From NCBI GenBank assembly GCA_963753595.1, contig CAVWCX010000003.1, forward strand, positions 32,001 through 96,000: DNA of 64,000 nucleotides. Direction: 5' to 3'. Made by a program: the position numbers and the translations under genes. Below the pieces are notes generated by a model, which did not search any database, had not been told where the DNA came from, and worked only from the letters and a program-made list of their open reading frames with translations. Positions within the stretch are counted from its first letter, which is position 1; every line of letters begins with the position of its first letter. This DNA is from Candidatus Methanoperedenaceae archaeon. GTDB lineage: Archaea > Halobacteriota > Methanosarcinia > Methanosarcinales > Methanoperedenaceae. This document shows positions 9,610 through 20,108 of the stretch, piece after piece.

Positions 9610-10065
9610 ATGGTGGAACCTAAAATATTAATAGTGTATGCATCGAGGACAGGTAACACAGAAAAACTTGCACAGGCGATTGCTGAAGGGGCAAGGAGCG
9701 CCAGCGGGGTCAGTGTAGAGTTAAAGAAAGCGAAGGATACTAAACCATCAGATGCTGGCGCTGATGCGTTCGCATTTGGTTCGCATTCGGCTTTTGAATA
9801 TATGGCGGGTGAGCTTAAAAGCCTGTTTGAAGATTTGTATCCTGTAAGAGATAAACTGGCGGGCAAACCTTTACTGCTTTTCACTACGGGACAGGGAGGG
9901 CAGGTTTCGGCTCTGGCATCAATAGATAAGGTGGCGGGCGTGTTCAATCCTTCCTGGGTTAAACCGGGTGTAGCTGTGCAGGGGGCGCCTAAAGATGAAG
10001 ATAAAGCAAAAGGAAGGGAAATGGGCAAAAAACTTGCAGAGGCTGCAAAGAAAAAACTAAAATAA
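9610..10065 (+). CDS. Flavodoxin (WrbA/FprA-type domain)
   Basis: IVYASRTGNTEKLAQAIAEG. Confidence 0.85.
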   Translation: MVEPKILIVYASRTGNTEKLAQAIAEGARSASGVSVELKKAKDTKPSDAGADAFAFGSHSAFEYMAGELKSLFEDLYPVRDKLAGKPLLLFTTGQGGQVSALASIDKVAGVFNPSWVKPGVAVQGAPKDEDKAKGREMGKKLAEAAKKKLK

Positions 10066-10365
10066 TCACTTCGATTGCCATTTTCAAAGTTCAATCCGGG
10101 TCAGGGACTGGTATTAAGTTATTTTAATAAGGCTCTCCCTGACCGTATAAATGTACAACTGCGTTTATCCTGATACCGCCGTATCCTGTTTTGGGTTCTT
10201 AAAGGGATAATGCTTGCTTTTAGCAGTTTTCTGGAATGCTAAATTGATTTGAACCTTAAATATATAGGTTGTGACTGATTTACTCACTACCTGGAGAAGG
10301 TTATCTTACATTAAGATATTTATTGGATTGTCTGAAAAAGACACCTAATAAGGAGGTACAAAAAT

Positions 10366-10464
10366 ATGACAGGTTGTTGCACACCAAAAAAGACAACTGC
10401 GCCGAATGACGCATGTCCATGCGGATCAGGAAAGAAATTCAAGGATTGCTGCGGAAAGAAATAA
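10366..10464 (+). CDS. 32-aa stand-alone SEC-C Zn-binding microprotein (not in the ORF track)
   Basis: MTGCCTPKKTTAPNDACPCGSGKKFKDCCGKK after an AGGAGG RBS. Confidence 0.8.
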   Translation: MTGCCTPKKTTAPNDACPCGSGKKFKDCCGKK

Positions 10465-10498
10465 AGAAAGAGTAAATAAAGGAACAAGGTGATAATTA

Positions 10499-10627
10499 AT
10501 GTCAAAGATGTGTACAATGGAAGGCTGTAAGACTTCCGAAGGAATGTGCAATCACGAAAAAATGATGGCTGTAATAGTAATGGTCGCCATCGTAGCGATT
10601 GCTGCAAAATTACTGAATGTGTTATAA
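10499..10627 (+). CDS. 42-aa Cys/Met/His-rich single-TM microprotein (not in the ORF track)
   Basis: MSKMCTMEGCKTSEGMCNHEKMMAVIVMVAIVAIAAKLLNVL after an AGGTGA RBS. Confidence 0.7.
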   Translation: MSKMCTMEGCKTSEGMCNHEKMMAVIVMVAIVAIAAKLLNVL

Positions 10628-10676
10628 AAGGAGATATTCTGCCTTTTTAAGATAAAAACAACCCGGAGGAAATTAA

Positions 10677-11243
10677 ATGAAAAATTGCTGCTGTGAAATA
10701 GATGATAGCACAGAATGTCAGGGTGAAAGACAATCCGAGAAAAACCAAAACATGACAGAAAACGAATTACAGCATTCTTGCTGTGATGTCATTGAGCTTG
10801 AGGCTTCTATTTGCAAAGAATGCGGCAACACCGGGAAACAAGTTTTAGAAATAACATTGAGAAGTATGGTCAAAGAACCAGTGTTTGTAGCTATCGAAAA
10901 TCCTGATGGGTTCTATTTTTGTGAGACATCCGCCTGTGAAGTTGTTTATTTCAATAACGAGCAGCAGGTTTATTTGCATAAACAGGAAGTAAAAGTAAAG
11001 GTTGGCATAAAAGAAACGGAAAATCCTGTTCCAGTATGTTATTGTTTTGGATGGACGAAGGAGAGGATTTTTGAGCAGATCAGGCAGCTGGGATATAGCA
11101 CTGCTGTCAAGGAAATAGGTGCAAAAATAAAAGCCGATGAGTGTGACTGTGATAAAAAAAATCCTTCCGGAAGATGCTGCCTGGGCGAAGTTAATAAAAC
11201 AGTTAAAAGGGGACAGGAGATATACGGAATAAAGAAAAATTAG
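10677..11243 (+). CDS. CopZ-N-terminal-like Zn/[2Fe-2S] metallochaperone
   Basis: CKECG, FCETSACEVVYF, VCYCFG, CDCDKKNPSGRCCLG; extra CCC/CC N-terminal motifs. Confidence 0.8.
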   Translation: MKNCCCEIDDSTECQGERQSEKNQNMTENELQHSCCDVIELEASICKECGNTGKQVLEITLRSMVKEPVFVAIENPDGFYFCETSACEVVYFNNEQQVYLHKQEVKVKVGIKETENPVPVCYCFGWTKERIFEQIRQLGYSTAVKEIGAKIKADECDCDKKNPSGRCCLGEVNKTVKRGQEIYGIKKN

Positions 11244-11536
11244 ATTCTGTAGCCTTAACCCTTGATGCTTCATCGATTTGCATGGCTCAAAGCTATTTTT
11301 TATGTTGATTTTATTGTTGAAAATCATTATAACAATGATACTTATATAAACGCCAATGAATAATATTATATATCATATACTCATTTTATAAATATAACTC
11401 TGCTACAGCATGCAGGTTTGGAAAGATAAGTGTGTGTGAAAAGATCAATGTAAAGTTCAAGGCAAAGCCTGTGGCAGGCCTTTCATGAAATGGCAGCTTG
11501 GGCTTTCTGAAAAGGTGTGTAAATGTATAAGTTGGA

Positions 11537-12217
11537 GTGACATTGAGAGGTTTGTCCATAAAAATAAGTAAAAAGGTAATAAAAAATATACTGTTACTTA
11601 TAATTATTTGTATATCAATTTCGGCAGGTGAAGGAGCTGTTCAGGCTAATGGTGGATATTTGACCCGGACTGATCTTGCAGTGAATTCATATTCAGAGCA
11701 CTGGCTGGGATTTTATGGGATGATCACAAATAACACGATGACGAATAAACCCTGATGAACAATACGATGACGATCGGGAATTTTAATGTAAAAAACAATA
11801 ATTCTATTAAATATATTTTTCCGGGTATATCTATAGATAAGGGTGATTACCTGATCATAACCACTTCGCCTTCACCCCCTGACCTTTCAGGATTAAAGGC
11901 AGGTAATATTGCATCCATTGATGAAATAACAGTGGGTGATGAGTCGGGTTCAAATACATTCACAAATTATTCTAACTACCTGATACCTTCTTCAGGAGCT
12001 TTACTTGCTGATGTGCCATCAATTTACATGTCAGATGGCATGGGGTATTATTCCAGGGAAGCATTATTCGCAGATATTAATGGAGATCCGGTATTTGCTG
12101 TTCAGGTAGAGCCCCGTTCCGACAAAAATAATGAAACATATTATGAAATTTTTTCAATTTATGTTGCCTGAAAATGGCAGACCGTATTATTTATTTTACC
12201 TGCCATCTGACATATAA
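11537..12217 (+). pseudogene. Paralog of the secreted protein at 1-563, two frameshifts
   Basis: Signal peptide, NGGYLTRTDL..EHWLGFYG; shift at about 11750 and in a T-run at about 12150 restores the ending FQFMLPENGRPYYLFYLPSDI*, matching YELLVP..YYFYMELP. Confidence 0.6.
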
Positions 12218-12281
12218 TAAAATTTTTTATTGATCATCCAAGAGAGTAATCTATAAGCCTATAAATTCTATTGAGTACCCT

Positions 12282-13487
12282 ATGTACCACCTTGAGTGCA
12301 TTGAATGCCACAAGAAATATTCCGGAACTGAAGTCATCTATACCTGTACCTGCGGTGGTCTGCTCGACATTATTTACGATTATTCCCTGATAAATCTCAC
12401 TAAAAACGATTTGAAAGGCCCGCTTTCGGTCTGGAAATATCGCGCCTTGCTGCCGATAAGCATAGACCCGGTATCCCTTAAAGAAGGCGGAACGCCGCTA
12501 TATCGCGTTGACAGGATAGCAAAAAGTGTCGGACTTAAGGATGTTTATGTCAAACATGAAGGCATGAACCCTACAGGCTCATTCAAGGACAGGGGAATGA
12601 CTGTTGGTGTTACTAAAGCCATTGAACTTGGTATGAAAACGGTTGCCTGCGCATCCACAGGGAATACATCGGCATCTCTTGCGGTGTACGGGGCAAGGGC
12701 AGGCGTTCCCGCTGTAGTTCTCCTTCCGGCAGGTAAAGTCGCCCTGGGAAAACTTGCCCAGGCGCTCATGCACGGTGCAAAAGTGTTAAGCATCCGTGGA
12801 AATTTTGATGATGCGCTAAAACTTGTGCGGGACCTTTGCGACAGGGAAGGATTCTATCTTTTAAATTCCGTAAATCCGTATCGCCTTGAAGGACAAAAGA
12901 CAATCGCTTTTGAGATCGCTGACCAGCTTGGATGGAAAGCGCCTGACAGGCTTGTGCTTCCGGTCGGAAATGCAGGCAATATCACAGCGATATATAAAGG
13001 ATTCAAGGAGTTAAAAAATCTTGGTCTCATTGACAGTGTTCCGAAAATGACCGGAATACAGGCAGAAGGTGCAAGTCCTGTTGTTGCGGCAATAAAGAAT
13101 AATGCTCCTGCAATAACGCCGGAGGCCCATCCTGAAACAATTGCAACAGCTATACGAATAGGAAATCCGGTGAATTCAATAAAAGCCTTAAAGGCGATCC
13201 GGGAATCCGGAGGAACTGCAGAAACCGTGACTGATGAGGAAATAATCCGCGCCCAGCAGGAACTTGCATATCTTGAGGGGATAGGAGTAGAGCCTGCCAG
13301 TGCATCATCCATCGCCGGCCTTCGGAAACTTGTGAACCTTGGGGTTATTGATACAGATGAGGTAGTTGCATGTGTTACTACAGGTCATTTGCTCAAGGAC
13401 TCAGAGCATGTGCTTACTGTGTGCCCCAGACCCATGGAAATCGATGCGACGATTGAAGCGGTAAGGAAAGCGGTTTTCTCGAAATAA
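12282..13487 (+). CDS. thrC: Threonine synthase
   Basis: NPTGSFKDRG PLP-lysine motif, ASTGNTS, PVGNAGN. Confidence 0.95.
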   Translation: MYHLECIECHKKYSGTEVIYTCTCGGLLDIIYDYSLINLTKNDLKGPLSVWKYRALLPISIDPVSLKEGGTPLYRVDRIAKSVGLKDVYVKHEGMNPTGSFKDRGMTVGVTKAIELGMKTVACASTGNTSASLAVYGARAGVPAVVLLPAGKVALGKLAQALMHGAKVLSIRGNFDDALKLVRDLCDREGFYLLNSVNPYRLEGQKTIAFEIADQLGWKAPDRLVLPVGNAGNITAIYKGFKELKNLGLIDSVPKMTGIQAEGASPVVAAIKNNAPAITPEAHPETIATAIRIGNPVNSIKALKAIRESGGTAETVTDEEIIRAQQELAYLEGIGVEPASASSIAGLRKLVNLGVIDTDEVVACVTTGHLLKDSEHVLTVCPRPMEIDATIEAVRKAVFSK

Positions 13488-13564
13488 CTTTTAGGGAACA
13501 AATAATTTAATATTTTGAAGCGTCATTGTTGTAATTAGCACTTGCTTCATTGGGGAATGAAAAT

Positions 13565-14726
13565 ATGAATAGAAAACTTATTTTTGATTTTAATTTTATT
13601 GATCGCGATTTTAATAGCTGCAATTTCTTATTATGGCATCAAACCATCAGTTAAATCCGAAACTCTTCCCGAAATCGAACTTCCCCAGGGGTTCAGGATC
13701 GATATTTTTGCGCAAAATATGGGTGGAAGTCCAGTATCGTATCCCGGCCCGAATCCGGGTCCAAGGATGATGCTGTTGAAAGATGGAGTATTATTTGTCA
13801 CAGTCCCGAACATGGGAAGAGTTGTCGCCCTTCCTGACAGGAACAATGATAAAAAAGCCGATGAGACAATTTTATTCATCGAGAATCTCAACAATCCCCA
13901 TGGCATTGATTTCTATGAAGGCTGGTTTTATATTGCTGAGGAGAACAGGGTTATCAGGGTAAAAGATAACGACAATAATTTTATCGCAGACCCGGATACA
14001 ATTGAAATCCTGATTAACAATTTGCCTGCAGGCGGTCATTTCACAAGAACCCTGAAAATACATAACAACAGTTTATTCGTGAGCATCGGTTCTTCATGTA
14101 ACGTCTGCACGGAAGAGGATGAAAGAAGAGCAGCGATCATGAAGTGTACTCTTGACGGGAAAGACTGCAAGGTTTTCGCAAAAGGCTTAAGAAATGCCGT
14201 GGGTATGGTTTTTCATCCGATAACAGGACAGATGTATGCTACTGAAAATGGCCGTGACCAGCTTGGAGATGACCTGCCGCCTGATGAGATAAATCTTATT
14301 GAGGAAGGTAAGAATTATGGCTGGCCAATATGCTATGGCAAGAATATCCATGATACTGATTTTGATAAGAATGTGTATATCCGGAATCCCTGTATGGAAC
14401 CATTTGAAACTCAAAGCCTTATTAACCTCCAGGCTCATTCTGCGCCCCTGGGACTTGCTTTCTACTATGGCGATAATTTCCCGCAGGAATACAGGGGTAA
14501 TCTCTTCGTAGCTTTTCACGGCTCATGGAACCGCAAAGTTCCGACAGGCTATAAAATCATCAGCATAGACATGAATGATTATTCAGTGAAAGATTTCGCT
14601 ACTGGCTGGCTAAATAACAGCAATGTGCTGGGAAGACCTGTGGATATTATCGTTGCAGATGACGGTTCGCTTTTTGTAAGCGATGATAATGCAGGAAAGA
14701 TTTACAGGATATCTTATGGTGGGTGA
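13565..14726 (+). CDS. PQQ-dependent sugar (glucose/sorbosone) dehydrogenase, membrane-anchored
   Basis: GLRNAVG, PPDEINL, NYGWP, AHSAPLG, HGSWNR, GRPVD; natural ATG at 13565 is out of frame by one T in a T-run. Confidence 0.85.
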
Positions 14727-14865
14727 GCTTTTGGATTCAAATCAAGAAAATAAGAAGATAATACTCGAAACGGAACCAGACGTGAAGCCTTCGGAATTAT
14801 TTGTAAGTGCCTCACCCCATGCTGTTGATAAAGCCATGAAAACATCACGCAAAATTGATGAAGCC

Positions 14866-15030
14866 AAAATTTCCGCAATCGTCTAATGAAATCTCGTCTC
14901 TTACAGGGCGCCCACTGGCTCATAAGCTGGCTCCTTATTCAGATTGATACTGGCTATCACTGGCAAAGGATGATTTAATTTCAGACCGGTCAATATCCAA
15001 TGTTGGTTTCAATCTGAGCTTTCAGATAAC
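14866..15030 (-). pseudogene. Truncated hicB-hicA toxin-antitoxin remnant
   Basis: WILTGLKLNHPLPVIASINLNKEPAYEPVGAL* (HicB-like C-terminus) overlapping MSQWAPCKRRDFIRRLRKF (HicA-like N-terminus); both truncated. Confidence 0.6.
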
Positions 15031-15408
15031 TTCTGATACTATATTAAATTATTTATTGTATATATAATATGCAGTGGCGTTTTTATACATTCTAACGTAT
15101 TTTGCTTTAAAGTCACTATATAGAATAAGCGTTAAAAAAAAAGCAATCTTTATAGCAAATCTATTTAGACAGTATTCCATTGTATAAAATTGGCTTTCGA
15201 TCATCTCTACTATTAGCTCTAAAATTCTCGCCAAACCAAATCTTATTCCAGCTATATGCCCAAAATCTAAGGGATATTTCATGCGTGATGATCCATTTTG
15301 ACTTTTTGTTCGGAAGTTCCGTATTAGTACTACCATAATAATTATATGTTTACATGTATATGTGGATGATGACACAAGTTAAAAGGTGTAAATTGGTGGT
15401 ATAAAAAT

Positions 15409-16218
15409 ATGGAAGCATCCCTAGAATTGAATCTTTGCAAATCAGGTATTCATCCAATTTCAAATGGTGAAAAAGCCTTAACCTTAAATAATGTTGGGAA
15501 GTATTATCAGGATTGTTCAAATTATGAACGAGTAGTAGCTATTAGGGATGTAAAACTCGATATTTATAAAAATGAATTTATATGTATTTTAGGACCTAGT
15601 GGTTGTGGAAAGACAACCTTGCTGAACATAATCGCAGGCTTTGAAAATATTACTTCAGGTGAAGTTTTATTGGAGGGTAAACAGATAGAAGGACCAGGTC
15701 CAGATAGAGGCGTTGTATTTCAAGATCATGCTCTTTTTCCATGGTTAACCGTTAGAAAGAATATTGAGTTTGGTCTAGTTGCAATGAGTATTTCAAAATC
15801 TAAAATTGAGGAAATATGTCATCATTATATCCAACTAATAAATCTCAATGGATTTGAGGATAAATATCCACATGAATTGTCAGGTGGAATGAGAGCAAGA
15901 GTCGCATTAGTTCGTGTCTTAGTTAATAAACCTAAAATTCTGCTATTAGATGAACCTTTCGCATCATTAGATGCTCAAACCAGATCTTTAATGCGCAAAG
16001 AACTCCTACAGGTATGGGAAATGACTAAACAAACTGCAATTTTTGTCACTCATGATATAGAAGAGGCTTTGTATCTTGGGGATCGAGTTGTGCTTTTTTC
16101 CCCAAGACCAGCGACAATTTCAAAAATATTCGATATTAGACTCTCAAGACCGAGAGATGTTAATGGTATTGAGTTTAATATACTCAAAAGAGAAATTAGT
16201 ATAAAATTAGGTGAATGA
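15409..16218 (+). CDS. ABC importer ATPase, TauB/SsuB/NrtD type
   Basis: GPSGCGKT, VVFQDHALFPW, LSGGM, LLLDEPFASLD. Confidence 0.9.
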   Translation: MEASLELNLCKSGIHPISNGEKALTLNNVGKYYQDCSNYERVVAIRDVKLDIYKNEFICILGPSGCGKTTLLNIIAGFENITSGEVLLEGKQIEGPGPDRGVVFQDHALFPWLTVRKNIEFGLVAMSISKSKIEEICHHYIQLINLNGFEDKYPHELSGGMRARVALVRVLVNKPKILLLDEPFASLDAQTRSLMRKELLQVWEMTKQTAIFVTHDIEEALYLGDRVVLFSPRPATISKIFDIRLSRPRDVNGIEFNILKREISIKLGE

Positions 16219-17267
16219 ATATGATAATTACGAAAAAAAGACGAATGAAACTATTAATTGGAATTTTTCTCGCTTTAGTAGCAAGTGCTTCCATTGTTGG
16301 TTGCATCTCTAAAACAGAAAACGCAAAATCTACTGAAATTAATGTTGAACAACCAGTAGTGAAAGTGGGGTATTATAAAGCACCGCACAATATACCCGCA
16401 ATGGTACTACCGAGATTTGGCGACAAATATGGAGTTAAATATAAATCTAGTCCAGTTCACAAGGTATGCTGATGTTCAATTAGCCTTGGTGAATGGGGAT
16501 ATAGATTTCGGCACGACCGGCTATCATCTTGTGATAGCAGCGATAGATAAGAATACACAAAAATTCAAAGTTATCTCAGGAATGTCGATGGGTGGTCAAT
16601 GCCTTATTACTCGATCGGATATCAAAATTGAAAAATGGAAGGATATAGAGGGTAAAAAGATAGGAATGGCATCAAATGGTGCACCTGAAATGAATTTACG
16701 ATGGGCGGCATCAAAAAATGGAGTTGATTTTAATAAAATTGAACGTGTGAGTTTTACAACTACGGACCCGCCAATGATATCTGCTTTAAAAAATAAGGAA
16801 ATAGATTTATTAGCTGCTTGGGAGCCGTGGTGCGCGACAGCCGCTGTAGAGGGGTATGGGAATTATTCATTAGATATTCTTGATAACCCGACTAAAGGAA
16901 TTTATGGTGTTCTTGCGGTAAATAATGAGTTCGCTCAAAAAAATGACGAAACTGTCGTTTCTGTGGTCAAAGCATTTATTGACGCTTCTAATTATATGAA
17001 TACTCATAGAGACGAGGAAGAAAAGATTAGAAGCGAGGAGAGTTGGATATCATTGCCAGTAGCTATTGAAGCGGTGAACGATAGAAATTTAGACAGAAAC
17101 ATCAATTACGAAGATATCGAAGAAATGGCTGTAGGATATCAGAATAGCAACTGAGGAAGATAGACACAAGTAATAATATTTCGACTATGCTTGAATATCG
17201 ATTCCTGCAAGAAGCGACGGGGAAGGAGATTATGGAATTGGGAGGAAGGAATAGTGTCACCACTTAA
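16215..17267 (+). pseudogene. ABC substrate-binding lipoprotein (SsuA/TauA/NMT1-like), two frameshifts
   Basis: Lipobox-like IVGC; shift at about 16440; AAWEPW; second shift at about 17145 restores ...EYRFLQEATGKEIMELGG...*. Confidence 0.75.
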
Positions 17268-17341
17268 CAATACTAATTTCGACTATGCTTGAATATCGAC
17301 ACCTGCAAGAACCGACTAGAAAGGAGATCATAGAATAAGGG
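17178..17341 (+). repeat. Imperfect direct duplication, period 98 bp
   Basis: atttcgactatgcttgaatatcga exact at 17178-17201 and 17276-17299, with about 40 more degenerate bases. Confidence 0.85.
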
Positions 17342-17350
17342 AGAGAATGA

Positions 17351-18208
17351 ATGGCGTTACATAATGATACCATTACCCTCATAAGAAGAGTATTTTTTGG
17401 GTTATTTGCCTTAAATTTATCAAATAATAAAGTTGACTTACGTCGATATTTGGTACCCCTCATAGTCTTGTTTCTTTGGCAATATTCTTCATATAATAAA
17501 TTAGTAGATCCACTTTTTATACCATCTCCGATGCATATAATCAATTCTATGTTTGATTGGATTTTTGGAACAAATACCCACGATTTATATAGCGGAACCT
17601 GGATAAATCATGCTATGGGTAGCATTCGACGTGTTATAGCAGGATTTTTCATTGGAGCAATAATCGGAATATTATTGGGAATTATGACAGGATGGAACCA
17701 AACTATGGAGACTCTATTTGATCCAATGATCCAATTACTACGTCCTATACCGATCACAGCATGGGTACCTTTTATGGTTGTTCTATTCGGCATTAAAGAC
17801 ATATCAGCAATCCTTCTCATCTCTTTAGGTGTTTTTTTTCCAGTTGTGGTAAATACAGTTCATGGAGTAAAGCAAATAGATAAAATCCATATAAGGGCAG
17901 CTCAGATGTTGGGAATAAGGGGGCTTCAAATCATTTCGAAGGTGGTTTTTCCCGCAGCTTTTCCCTTTATTATGACAGGATTAAGACTGGGTATGGGAAT
18001 GGCTTGGGTACTGGTGATTGTTGCTGAGATGGTTTCTGTTAAGTCTGGACTCGGTTATGTAATGTGGGATGCATATTATTTTATGCGTATGGATATAATT
18101 ATAGTAGCCATGTTGAGTGTTGGAGTATTAGGCTACTTATTTGATAAATTAATCGTGATAATAAACGACAGAATGCTTAGGTGGACAAAAGGTCTAAAAC
18201 ATCGATAA
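17351..18208 (+). CDS. ABC importer permease, TauC/SsuC type
   Basis: LRPIPITAWVP, AAQMLG loop, VAEM, SGLGY. Confidence 0.9.
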   Translation: MALHNDTITLIRRVFFGLFALNLSNNKVDLRRYLVPLIVLFLWQYSSYNKLVDPLFIPSPMHIINSMFDWIFGTNTHDLYSGTWINHAMGSIRRVIAGFFIGAIIGILLGIMTGWNQTMETLFDPMIQLLRPIPITAWVPFMVVLFGIKDISAILLISLGVFFPVVVNTVHGVKQIDKIHIRAAQMLGIRGLQIISKVVFPAAFPFIMTGLRLGMGMAWVLVIVAEMVSVKSGLGYVMWDAYYFMRMDIIIVAMLSVGVLGYLFDKLIVIINDRMLRWTKGLKHR

Positions 18209-18231
18209 ATAAAAATTGATTAATTAACAGA

Positions 18232-19098
18232 GTGAAGAGAATGCTTAGAAAACTGAATATTATCCTTGAAGTAGCTAGATTACGTGGCACCATCAACTTT
18301 ATGTTGATTGTAGGAATGGGTTTACTAATGGCAGGGCAATTTTCTATCACCAAATACCCTGATATCATCTATATTGTTTTAGCTGAGTTTGTTATAATTT
18401 TAATATGGATCGTTAGTGTTTTAGTTAATGACGTATATGATTTAGAGATTGATAAAATTACAGAATGTAGTAAGAACCGACCCCTTGTTGCTGGATATGT
18501 AAAAAATTCTCAATATTTAAAACTTTCTGTGTTCTTCAGTGCTATTATTCTGTTCATTAGTTACCTGATTGGCCGCATTGTTCCAATTTTTATCATTGCT
18601 ATTCTAACAGTAATTATAATTTATTCTAAACCCCCATTCAGGCTTAGGAACAACATTATTATGGCACCAATTCTGATTGGATTTGCGACTTTTATGGTAT
18701 ATCTAGTGGGTTACTTTACGGGGGATTTTACTAAAGATATTAGCATAAAACCTTTTGCATTTCAAGTAGGTGCGCTAATTTTATCGTACACTTCCTTAAT
18801 TATCACGGCTAAAGATTATAAGGACTATGAAGGTGATCGTATAAACAATGTCCAAACGATTTTCACTATGTATGGAATAAGCAGAGGGAAAAAAATAGTA
18901 TCAGTCTTAGTGTTCTTTGCATTCTTAACAGGTCTCATCGTTTTGCAGCACCCGTTAGATTTAGTGATATTTTTAATTTTTGGAGTTACTGCAGCACGTG
19001 ATTTTAGAATCAACGCCGGAGCTGATAGAATATTCATTTTATCTTTATTATGGTTAGTTTACATTAATTGGAGGATTATTAATGGAGATTTTCTATGA
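18232..19098 (+). CDS. UbiA-family prenyltransferase
   Basis: NDVYDLEID..NRPL, YSKPPFRL, KDYKDYEGD aspartate-rich motifs; multi-TM. Confidence 0.85.
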   Translation: MKRMLRKLNIILEVARLRGTINFMLIVGMGLLMAGQFSITKYPDIIYIVLAEFVIILIWIVSVLVNDVYDLEIDKITECSKNRPLVAGYVKNSQYLKLSVFFSAIILFISYLIGRIVPIFIIAILTVIIIYSKPPFRLRNNIIMAPILIGFATFMVYLVGYFTGDFTKDISIKPFAFQVGALILSYTSLIITAKDYKDYEGDRINNVQTIFTMYGISRGKKIVSVLVFFAFLTGLIVLQHPLDLVIFLIFGVTAARDFRINAGADRIFILSLLWLVYINWRIINGDFL

Positions 19099-20105
19099 AC
19101 TAGGGAGATTTTATGAAAAATTTAAAAAATTATTGAAATTAAGTGAACCCGTGTTGTGGACATTGCCAATTACAATGTTTATATTTGGCTATATTTCTAC
19201 CAATCAAGTACATTGCATTTACTATAATTGGGATTTTTCCAATGCCATAGCGATGCCGACCAAGTCTCTTAAATAAATACACAGATCAAGAGGAGGACAG
19301 GATTAATAGCCCCGAACGAATTATATTGGGTGAATCAGTAGGGTATCATAACATAATTAAATTATGTATTGTTATTTTTATGCTTTACTTTTGTTTTATT
19401 ATCTTGTCTTCCTTCTTTATAAATATAATATTTGCTTTAGTTTTATTAATTCAGATAATGATTGGAATCTTATATTCATGGGGTACTAGATTTAAGACTA
19501 ATATCATTACTTCACTCATATCTTTTTCACTTTTTCTTGCAATTCTTCCATTCATAGCCGGTTGGGTTATTTCTAAACCTCTTGTTTCAATATCACCAAT
19601 TGTATTCATAATTCTAACTTATTTCTTAGTATATGGAAGTTTAAGAAATCTACCGGATGAGAGAGGAGACAAGCAAGTAGGAATAAAAACGAATTTCTAT
19701 GCTAGGGAAGAAATGCCTTTAAGAATTCCCTTTATACTATCCACCCCCTATTTATTAATATTAGTTTTAACGCTGGTTGGAATTCTAGAAATTAAATTTT
19801 TGGCTATTTTTGTAGTTCTTCCTTTATCTGTTATTTTGATTTTGGCATTGCAGAAGGCACATTCGATCGAAGAAAAGAATTTTATTCGAACCATTGAACA
19901 ATTCCATAGATGGATATTTTTGATAATATTATTACTCATATATTATCCCACATTTGAGGCGTTGCTCGCTGCAATTATTCTAAGCACCATAAGATTTTTA
20001 ATTATAAATATAATTGATATCCGCTTTGTTAGAATAAACTCAACTTATTTAAAAAAATTATTAATTAGGAAGAAATATGAAAATACTGTCACAGAAAAGG
20101 GATAA
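19082..20105 (+). pseudogene. Second UbiA-family prenyltransferase, frameshifted near the 5' end
   Basis: N-terminus at 19082; LNKYTDQEEDRIN in frame upstream of 19326; RNLPDERGD second motif. Confidence 0.7.
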
Positions 20106-20108
20106 TAT

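Noticed and set aside
11400-11530. Possible c-di-GMP-type riboswitch (ggcaaagcc...)
   Set aside because: Lacks the GAAA tetraloop/receptor and the second conserved stem; not supportable.
11750-11760. Selenocysteine read-through at TGA
   Set aside because: The continuation is in another frame, so a frameshift explains it.
15049-15375. 108-aa minus-strand ORF
   Set aside because: No motifs or RBS; lies in the AT-rich upstream region of the island operon.
17178-17341. Two-repeat mini-CRISPR
   Set aside because: Similarity extends beyond the 24-bp core and the first copy encodes the SBP C-terminus.
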